This document shows positions 18,357-24,896 of a stretch of 43,016 nt of DNA, in pieces. The position numbers and the translations under genes are program-made. The first letter of the stretch is position 1. Each line of letters opens with the position of its first letter. Under the pieces are notes generated by a model. It was not told the DNA's origin, did not search any database, and saw nothing but the letters and a program-made list of their open reading frames with translations. Origin of the DNA: a virus. The stretch spans positions 1 through 43,016 of the IMG/VR virus record IMGVR_UViG_3300002026_000066. One strand, 5' to 3'.

Positions 18357-18857
18357 ATGTCACACCGCAAACCCAAAACCGCACCCCTGTCGGCCGATGC
18401 CAGCACCGTGGTGCCGGTGAACCCCTATGAGGCCTTCCGCCTGGTGGCCTACAGCTACGGGGTGAAGGAGCTGGCTGAGCGTATGGGGCTGAGCCCGGGG
18501 GTGCTCTACAACAAGGCCGACTCAAGCATTGAGAGCCACGCCCAGCCCACCCTGCGTGACCTGATGACCGTGACCCGTGAAACCGGGGACATGCGGGTGC
18601 TTGAAAGCCTGAACCGCTTGTTTGACCGGGGCAGCTACGACCTGACGCCCGTGCCCCCCAGCGACGCTGCGTTGCTTGAGCTGCTGGCCCGTGTGGGCAG
18701 CGAGCAGGGGGCCATGTGCAGTGCGTTGCACAAGGGCCTGGCTGACCGCCGCTTTACCCCCGATGACTTTGCCGAGGTGAGGGCTGAAGCGTTTGACCTG
18801 ATCAATGCGGTGCTGGCCTTTGTGCAGCGGCTGGAGGGCCTGGTCGATGCGCCCTGA
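18357..18857 (+). CDS. CII-like regulatory protein (phage 186 CII / CP76 family)
   Basis: The sequence ELAERMGLSPGVLYNKADSSIESHAQPTLRDLMTVTRETGDMRVLESL parallels the 186 CII helix-turn-helix region and its 'NKLNP....H.lt..EL..l' segment. A GTG at 18348 is an alternative start. Confidence 0.6.
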   Translation: MSHRKPKTAPLSADASTVVPVNPYEAFRLVAYSYGVKELAERMGLSPGVLYNKADSSIESHAQPTLRDLMTVTRETGDMRVLESLNRLFDRGSYDLTPVPPSDAALLELLARVGSEQGAMCSALHKGLADRRFTPDDFAEVRAEAFDLINAVLAFVQRLEGLVDAP

Positions 18858-19021
18858 TTGCTTTGCCCACTACACGCTTGCCCACCGCCTGCCACCAGCC
18901 CACGGGGTGGATGTGACTGCTTTGCTGGCCTTGACCTTTGGCCAGGAGCTGCTGACCGAGCTGGATGCACGCCAGGCTAAGCGCCTGGCCAAGACAGAAG
19001 CAAGACAAAAGGAGCCGTGCC

Positions 19022-19282
19022 ATGCCCATGACTGCCCAACCCCCGGTGGACACCCCGCAGCTGAGCTTGCTGGAGCAGGAGCTGATGCCAGCAAACCCGC
19101 AATCAGCCCTGGTGGCAGCAAGGGCCGCCCGGCGCGACTTGCAGGGCGTGGCGCTGGAGTTGGCCATGCGCCAGGTGTTCAAGGGTTGGGCGCGGTGGCA
19201 CCGCTGCAAGAGGTACGAGGAGGCGGTGACCGACCCCATTACTCGCCGCCTGTTGGAGCTGACAGCCAACCGCAGGCCGTGA
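19022..19282 (+). CDS. Hypothetical protein (86 aa)
   Basis: AGGAG lies 8 nt upstream of the ATG. Third-position GC is very high in this frame and poor in the overlapping frame. Confidence 0.55.
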   Translation: MPMTAQPPVDTPQLSLLEQELMPANPQSALVAARAARRDLQGVALELAMRQVFKGWARWHRCKRYEEAVTDPITRRLLELTANRRP

Positions 19283-19404
19283 AAGGGGTGATGAGCAGGA
19301 CATGAGAGGGGCCTGAAGTTTTTTTACCGACAGGCCGCCCCGGATTGCTGCGCAGGGGCTGGCTGCTGACAACACAAGCGCGGCGTCGAAAAGGAGTTTT
19401 GAAA

Positions 19405-20082
19405 ATGATGCGTAGATACCTGACCGAGGCCGAACAACGTGCCTTGCTGGCTGCCCCCAAGGGGGTGGCTTGCCCGCTTGCCCAGCGGGATTACCACTGC
19501 CTGGCCGCGCTGATGCTGACCGGCATGCGCATTACCGAGTGGAGCCGCCTGACGGTGAGCATGGCCAAGCAGGCCATGGCCATGGGCTGGCTGGTGTGCC
19601 CGCCCGAGCATTGCAAGGGCAAGCGCGGCAACGAGTATTTGGTGACTGAGCAGCTTCGCCACCACCTGGCCGCGCTGTGCCGGCTGAGTGACGAGCTGGG
19701 CGCGGGGCTGCTGGTGCCCGCTGCTGGCCAGCCGTTGGTGTGGGGCCGCGATGTGGCGGGCCGTGCTGGGCCACTGAGCGTGCGCAGCTACGAGGTGCGG
19801 CTGAAAGAGTGGGCTGTAGCTGCGGGGCTGGACGGGCGCATCAGCCCGCACTGGCTGCGGCACACGCTGGGCATGAACATCATGCGGCGCAGCCGGGGGG
19901 CGCACCCGCTGAAGGTGGCGCAAATTGCCCTGGGGCACAAGTGCATTGGCAGCACTGGTGTGTACACGCAGTTGGCGCGTGAGGAGGTGGAGGCTGAGCT
20001 GCGACTGGTGGCGGCTGGCGGTGGGCGCATGCCCAAGGCGGTGGCGCGGCGCTTGGCGTTGCATGGCGGGGTGGTGTCATGA
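19405..20082 (+). CDS. Short tyrosine recombinase (catalytic domain only, about 225 aa)
   Basis: AAGGAG ribosome-binding site. Catalytic signature: R in LTGMRITEW, HxxR in SPHWLRHT, and H...Y in LGHKCIGSTGVYT. There is no N-terminal core-binding (SAM-like) domain. Confidence 0.75.
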   Translation: MMRRYLTEAEQRALLAAPKGVACPLAQRDYHCLAALMLTGMRITEWSRLTVSMAKQAMAMGWLVCPPEHCKGKRGNEYLVTEQLRHHLAALCRLSDELGAGLLVPAAGQPLVWGRDVAGRAGPLSVRSYEVRLKEWAVAAGLDGRISPHWLRHTLGMNIMRRSRGAHPLKVAQIALGHKCIGSTGVYTQLAREEVEAELRLVAAGGGRMPKAVARRLALHGGVVS

Positions 20083-20429
20083 GTACCAAACCGTACCAAT
20101 ATTTGGGCATTGGCGACCTGGAGAGCGCGGGGCGGGCGCATGCGCACCTGTTCACTTTTAAAGCTGTGGACCCCGAGGTGCCTGAATCGCATCCCACCCA
20201 AAGGTGGCTTTCGCGTGGTGTTGGTCGTAACCAAAAAACTGACGTGTGTGTGCACGGTGGCTCTTGCATCCTCGGCGCATCGCTTTTCAGCGATGGAGAT
20301 CGGTTTACGTCGTCGGTCGATTTGAATGCGCAACAGTGCGTTGATCTGGCCAAGCAGCTGCTGACCGCAGCCATGCTGCTGGAGCAGGATGCCGCCGCCG
20401 CCACCCCAGAGCAACAGGTGGCCGCATGA
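20079..20429 (+). CDS. Hypothetical early protein
   Basis: ATGA-coupled ORF of 116 aa with no motif recognised. Confidence 0.5.
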   Translation: MSTKPYQYLGIGDLESAGRAHAHLFTFKAVDPEVPESHPTQRWLSRGVGRNQKTDVCVHGGSCILGASLFSDGDRFTSSVDLNAQQCVDLAKQLLTAAMLLEQDAAAATPEQQVAA

Positions 20430-20704
20430 CCACCCAAGCCGCCGACGCTGTGATGGTGCACATTGAGCTGACAGAGTGCACCCGCTTTGCCCGCACGGTG
20501 CAAATGACCCGTGCCGAGCTGGCCCGCTACCGCAGCCTGCTGACTGACGGCACCGACGAAGAGGCCAAGCGCGATGTGGCTGACCTGATGTTCAGCCGCT
20601 TTGTGGACCGCATGGATGACGAGTGCGAGGACCAGCCCGACGCCCTGGTGGTGACCCTGACGGAGAGTGCAGCGGAGGTGCGGCCATGCAGCGCTGGAAG
20701 CTGA
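20426..20704 (+). CDS. Hypothetical early protein (acidic)
   Basis: ATGA-coupled ORF of 92 aa. Confidence 0.5.
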   Translation: MTTQAADAVMVHIELTECTRFARTVQMTRAELARYRSLLTDGTDEEAKRDVADLMFSRFVDRMDDECEDQPDALVVTLTESAAEVRPCSAGS

Positions 20705-20844
20705 AACACATCGATGCGGCCCGCCACTGCCACAAGCTGGTGGTGACCGCTGCCAACCGCATGGCAGCCGTGGCCGAGGTGGAGGCCTTGTTTGGCCCGG
20801 GCTGGGTGGTGAGCGCCATGCGCCTGCTGAAGAAGGAGCGCTGA
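20686..20844 (+). CDS. Small hypothetical protein (52 aa)
   Basis: ATG at 20686 preceded by GGAGGTG, inside the track ORF 20623-20844. Confidence 0.4.
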   Translation: MQRWKLKHIDAARHCHKLVVTAANRMAAVAEVEALFGPGWVVSAMRLLKKER

Positions 20845-20845
20845 C

Positions 20846-21025
20846 ATGCCGCACCGCACCCGACGTTTGCTGCCCTGGTGGCTGCGCTGCCTGCCCACCG
20901 CGCTGGCGGGCGAGTTCCCCAGCCTGCGCATGTTTTACCTGTGGAGCCGGTCTGCCGGGCGTGGCCGCTGGGCTGCGCTGGTGCATGGCTGGGATTTGTT
21001 TGTTTTCTACGCCAAGAGGAAGTGA
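20846..21025 (+). CDS. Small hypothetical protein (59 aa; below the ORF-track length cutoff)
   Basis: Hand translation gives MPHRTRRLLPWWLRCLPTALAGEFPSLRMFYLWSRSAGRGRWAALVHGWDLFVFYAKRK*. It exactly fills the gap between neighbouring genes and has GC-rich third positions. Confidence 0.35.
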   Translation: MPHRTRRLLPWWLRCLPTALAGEFPSLRMFYLWSRSAGRGRWAALVHGWDLFVFYAKRK

Positions 21026-21029
21026 CGCG

Positions 21030-21416
21030 ATGTTGAACACCCTTTACCTGACCCTGACCACTGGACCCAGTGGCGGGGTGGACATTGCTTGCAGTGAGGA
21101 GCGCCTGGTCGTGCCCCTGCACAAAGCATTGCCAGATGAAAGCAGCTCGGGCTTTGCTCCGGCCAGCCTGCACACCATGGCTTGGGATTTGCTGGCGTTT
21201 GCCAGCATCAAAGGCTGCCGTGTGGGCGGCGCTGTGACCGCACCCCGGGTGAACCCGGTGCTGCTGATTGGCCTGGCCAATGCGCTGCTGGACCCCGAGC
21301 AACTGGGCTACGCCGTGACGGCTGAGGTGCGCGACATGGCGCGTTTGGCGCTGGGCATGCCTGCGGTGGAGAGCCACTTGAAGCCGCTGGCTGTGACGGA
21401 TTGGAGTTCCACATGA
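21030..21416 (+). CDS. Hypothetical early protein (128 aa)
   Basis: ATG at 21030 inside the track ORF 20667-21416. The upstream part of that ORF looks non-coding in this frame. Confidence 0.5.
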   Translation: MLNTLYLTLTTGPSGGVDIACSEERLVVPLHKALPDESSSGFAPASLHTMAWDLLAFASIKGCRVGGAVTAPRVNPVLLIGLANALLDPEQLGYAVTAEVRDMARLALGMPAVESHLKPLAVTDWSST

Positions 21417-21874
21417 GCACCAATAAGCAACTGTCACAAAGACTTTTTGATGCGTGTATGCGCGTAGATCGGGTGATTTTCCTGGCTGGCGCGGTTGCCG
21501 CTGGAGACGCTTTTTGCGATGACCTTGATGCGTTCCTGGACGATACGGATGAAGAAATCGTGGTGGCGTGCTTGGGCCCGATTCCTGATGACATTGACCT
21601 GAGTTACCCGGCCTATGAAAGGGCCGAGTTGGTTTCGACTTGGCTGTACACGGCGAACAAGTTGGGGTTCTTGGTGCAGGTGGCCACACCTGTGATGACA
21701 CGGATGTCACTCACCAGCCGCCACTTTTCGTGGGGCTACTACAACACGCAATGGCTGTACGGCGACACCATGGATGAGGTGGTTTCCAAGGCAGTGGATT
21801 GGGCGCAGAAGAGGCGAGACGCCGAGGATGCCAAGGCCGAAGAGGCAAAAAATGCGAAAGGCGGTGCCGCATGA
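21413..21874 (+). CDS. Hypothetical early protein (acidic)
   Basis: ATGA overlap with the upstream gene. It ends with the conserved ...GGAA* junction. Confidence 0.5.
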   Translation: MSTNKQLSQRLFDACMRVDRVIFLAGAVAAGDAFCDDLDAFLDDTDEEIVVACLGPIPDDIDLSYPAYERAELVSTWLYTANKLGFLVQVATPVMTRMSLTSRHFSWGYYNTQWLYGDTMDEVVSKAVDWAQKRRDAEDAKAEEAKNAKGGAA

Positions 21875-22530
21875 GCTGGATGCTGACCGCCCAAGGGCAC
21901 GAACACCACATGCTGGGCCCGCAGGCCATGGCCAACACGTTTGAGCTGGAAGACGTGGCGCACGCCCTGGCGCTGCAAAACCGCTTCAATGGCCACACCC
22001 GCCGCCCCTACAGCGTGGCCGAGCACAGTTTGCTGGTGGCCGACATTGCCCTGGCCGATGGGGCCAGCGTGGCCCAGCAGCTGGCCGCACTGATGCACGA
22101 CGCCCACGAGGCCTACACAGGCGACGTGGTGAGCCCGGTGAAGTGGGCCGTGGGCCAGCCGTGGCAAGACTTTGAGGCTGGCCAAGCCCACCTGCTGCGC
22201 AAGAAGTTTGGGCTGCTGAGTGCGTTTGCGAGCTGCCGCCAAAGCTTGCACCAGTGGGACTTGATGGCCCTGGCCACCGAGCGGCGCGACCTGACGATGT
22301 ACGAGGCCCCGCGCCATGCGCCCTGGGCCATTCTGGACACCCCGGGCAAAAAGGTGCTGCCGTGGGACGACGCCAACCTGAACAGCCCTGCCCGCGTGCA
22401 GGCCGACTGGCAGGAGTGGAAGGCTCTGTTTGTGGTGCGGGCGAAAGACTTGGCTAGGGCGGTGCGGGAAGTCAGGCCGGTGGTGGAGCCTGGGCATGCT
22501 GAGGGGCAGGCGGGGAGGGTTGAGGCATGA
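21871..22530 (+). CDS. HD-domain phosphohydrolase (YfbR/5'-deoxynucleotidase-like)
   Basis: Motifs RFNGHT..YSVAEHSLLVA and AALMHDAHEAYTGD give the H...HD...D metal-binding signature. Confidence 0.75.
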   Translation: MSWMLTAQGHEHHMLGPQAMANTFELEDVAHALALQNRFNGHTRRPYSVAEHSLLVADIALADGASVAQQLAALMHDAHEAYTGDVVSPVKWAVGQPWQDFEAGQAHLLRKKFGLLSAFASCRQSLHQWDLMALATERRDLTMYEAPRHAPWAILDTPGKKVLPWDDANLNSPARVQADWQEWKALFVVRAKDLARAVREVRPVVEPGHAEGQAGRVEA

Positions 22531-22973
22531 ACAACATTGCAAGGCCCAGTTTTGAGCTGGAAGCATATGAAGACGCCACGCTGCCAACAGGCAAACGCCT
22601 GCATGAGGCGCAAGAGTTGGTTGGCCACACCATCAAGTGCATGGTGGAGTACCCGATTGGCCGCCTGGGCGACTGGGTGAACCTGGTCATCGTGACCGAG
22701 ACACTTTGCTGGCTGACTGTATCGGGCGAAATGTCAGGGTGCAGCGCCGAAGACGGTACGCACTTGAGCTATTCAGGCAAAGCGTACCGCAGCGAAACCG
22801 AGGTTCTGTCTGACTACCTGTGCCCTAAGGAGATGCTGCACAACGGGCTCATTTCCCATGGCCAGTTTGACGCGCTTCAAGAAATTGAGGGCAAGCGAAT
22901 TGAAGCCGAAAAGGCGCAGAAGGTAGCCGAGCTGCGCAAGGAACTGGCACAGCTGGAAGGCGGTGCCGCATGA
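22527..22973 (+). CDS. Hypothetical protein
   Basis: ATGA-coupled ORF of 148 aa, somewhat lower in GC. It ends ...LEGGAA*. Confidence 0.5.
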   Translation: MNNIARPSFELEAYEDATLPTGKRLHEAQELVGHTIKCMVEYPIGRLGDWVNLVIVTETLCWLTVSGEMSGCSAEDGTHLSYSGKAYRSETEVLSDYLCPKEMLHNGLISHGQFDALQEIEGKRIEAEKAQKVAELRKELAQLEGGAA

Positions 22974-23332
22974 CCTTGCACGATGCAGGCCCTTGGTTGG
23001 GCAGGGATGAACACGGCAGATACAAGGCAACCCCCAACTGGACAGCCATTTGCAATGGCCTTGGCTTCTACCAATACGCGCCCATTTGGGCTGGCGACAA
23101 GGTAGTGGCTTTGGTGGTTGGATCGTCTGGCGAGACGTTTGGCACCGACCCGGCGTTTGAGGCCAACGCGGCGCTGATTGCTGCCGCCCCTGATTTGCTG
23201 GCCGCCCTAAAGCTGTTGGAGGCGGAAGGTTTTGGCGAACGGCCAAAAACCGCCGAGGATTTGCTGAGGATGGACGGCATAGCGGTGATTGCCAGCACCG
23301 CCATCGCCAAAGCGGAAGGCGGTGCCGCATGA
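22970..23332 (+). CDS. Hypothetical protein
   Basis: ATGA-coupled ORF of 120 aa. It contains ANAALIAAAPDLLAALK, a motif common in small phage proteins of unknown function. Confidence 0.5.
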   Translation: MTLHDAGPWLGRDEHGRYKATPNWTAICNGLGFYQYAPIWAGDKVVALVVGSSGETFGTDPAFEANAALIAAAPDLLAALKLLEAEGFGERPKTAEDLLRMDGIAVIASTAIAKAEGGAA

Positions 23333-23889
23333 ACCCCTTCGCCCAACTGATTGCGCCCCAGGCCTTCACCCGCCGCCGCTTGCCCGCCACGGGTGCGGTG
23401 GTGACGGTGCGCGAGGGTGTGGCACTGGTGCCCCCTGGCCGTGGCCGTGGCCGCCAGGTGCCTGACAAGCTGGCCAGCCTGCCGGTGTTGGATGCTGACG
23501 ATGCGGCCGATGCCGAGGCGCTGCGCAGGCAACTGATGCGCGAGCGGCAACGCCGCTGGTACGCCGACCGCTATGCCCGCAACAAGCAAGACCCGGCATA
23601 CATGGCAGCCCGCCGTGAGCGCAACCGCCTGCTGTACCAGCGCCCTGAGCAGAAGAAGCGCCAAAAGCGCTGGGAGGCCGACAACGCTGAGCGCTTGCGT
23701 GCCTACAAGACCCAGTGGGCGCAGATGCAGCGGGCCAATGAAACGCCCGAGGAAAAGGCTGCCCGCCTGGCCGTGGCCCGTGTGAAGCAGCGGGAGTACT
23801 ACGCCAAGAACCGCGAGTTGCTGAATGAGAAGCAGCGGGCGAGGCGTGAGGCGAAGGCGGCTGCTTTGGTGGCTGGGGGTGCGATATGA
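23329..23889 (+). CDS. Basic Arg/Lys-rich repeat protein (unknown function)
   Basis: 186 aa with reiterated R..(W/Y)Y...(Y/N).(R/K)N-type segments: RQRRWYADRYARNKQD, RERNRLLYQRPEQ, KQREYYAKNRELL. Confidence 0.5.
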   Translation: MNPFAQLIAPQAFTRRRLPATGAVVTVREGVALVPPGRGRGRQVPDKLASLPVLDADDAADAEALRRQLMRERQRRWYADRYARNKQDPAYMAARRERNRLLYQRPEQKKRQKRWEADNAERLRAYKTQWAQMQRANETPEEKAARLAVARVKQREYYAKNRELLNEKQRARREAKAAALVAGGAI

Positions 23890-24347
23890 AGATGGCCAAG
23901 GCAACCGAAAAAGACATTGATGCCGCTGGCGATGCAATGTCTGTGCTGAACGCTGTCAGCAGCGGCTACTACCCAGCCCGAGATGGTGATGAAGACGCCC
24001 CACTGTTTTTTGACCCTGACGACCACGAACACCTGCGCAAGTTCTACGACTTGATGAATGCCACGCTTGACAAGTCGGCAGGCTGGCCATCGCGCGTCAT
24101 TGGCGGCATGTGCTTCGTGATTTTGTTTGATCAAAACGAGATTGTTGACCCATCCGCAGACACGCTTGAACTGCACCCGAAGTTTGAGCACCAGCACCGA
24201 CTGTTGGCCAACTGCCGCTTTGCCCTTGATTCGTTGTTGCAAGCCAAGCCAGTGCTGGCGGGCATGGTGTGTGGAGAGACGACGCTGGGGAATTTGCGCG
24301 CCGAGTTGGGGGGGGTTCGTCGGACTGAAGCGGGAGCACCCACATGA
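23886..24347 (+). CDS. Hypothetical protein
   Basis: ATGA-coupled ORF of 153 aa, lower in GC. Confidence 0.5.
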   Translation: MKMAKATEKDIDAAGDAMSVLNAVSSGYYPARDGDEDAPLFFDPDDHEHLRKFYDLMNATLDKSAGWPSRVIGGMCFVILFDQNEIVDPSADTLELHPKFEHQHRLLANCRFALDSLLQAKPVLAGMVCGETTLGNLRAELGGVRRTEAGAPT

Positions 24348-24571
24348 CCCAGCGCACCTATCTGGCCAACGATGTGTCCCGCTGCTTTGGCGCGTTGGCA
24401 GGCGAGCCACCCGGCACGCCGCTTGCCCCATGCGACACCTGCGCCCGGTACCACTTTCTGAAACAAACCGACCAACACCAGCGCTGGCTTATCAGCCCGC
24501 CACGCACTGACGATGGCCAGTGCGTGCGCCACCTTGACATGCAGTTGCCGCAGCAGGAGATGTTTGCATGA
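24344..24571 (+). CDS. Small Cys-containing hypothetical protein
   Basis: ATGA-coupled ORF of 75 aa. Confidence 0.45.
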   Translation: MTQRTYLANDVSRCFGALAGEPPGTPLAPCDTCARYHFLKQTDQHQRWLISPPRTDDGQCVRHLDMQLPQQEMFA

Positions 24572-24834
24572 GCCAACAGACCATGACCGGTGATGACTGG
24601 CTGAGCGACCGAGATCGCAAGGAACAAGCCCGCGCTGTGGCCAACCGCAAAAAGACCGCCATTGCGTGCGCCAAAAAGCTGGAGGCAGCCGCCGATTCGC
24701 TCAACGAGTTGATGCGGGCATGCAATGAGTGCCACGACTCCAGCTCTGTGCGCCGGGCGGATGACGGTCGGCAGTTGCTGGTGGAGCGGCTGATGGAGTT
24801 CAGCCATTGGCTTGACGCTGCCTACAACAAATAG
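24568..24834 (+). CDS. Hypothetical protein
   Basis: ATGA-coupled ORF of 88 aa. Confidence 0.45.
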   Translation: MSQQTMTGDDWLSDRDRKEQARAVANRKKTAIACAKKLEAAADSLNELMRACNECHDSSSVRRADDGRQLLVERLMEFSHWLDAAYNK

Positions 24835-24896
24835 AAACAAAAATGCCGTCTTGCGCTTGATGGCATTGCATTTCCAGCTACAACAAAAACACACTT

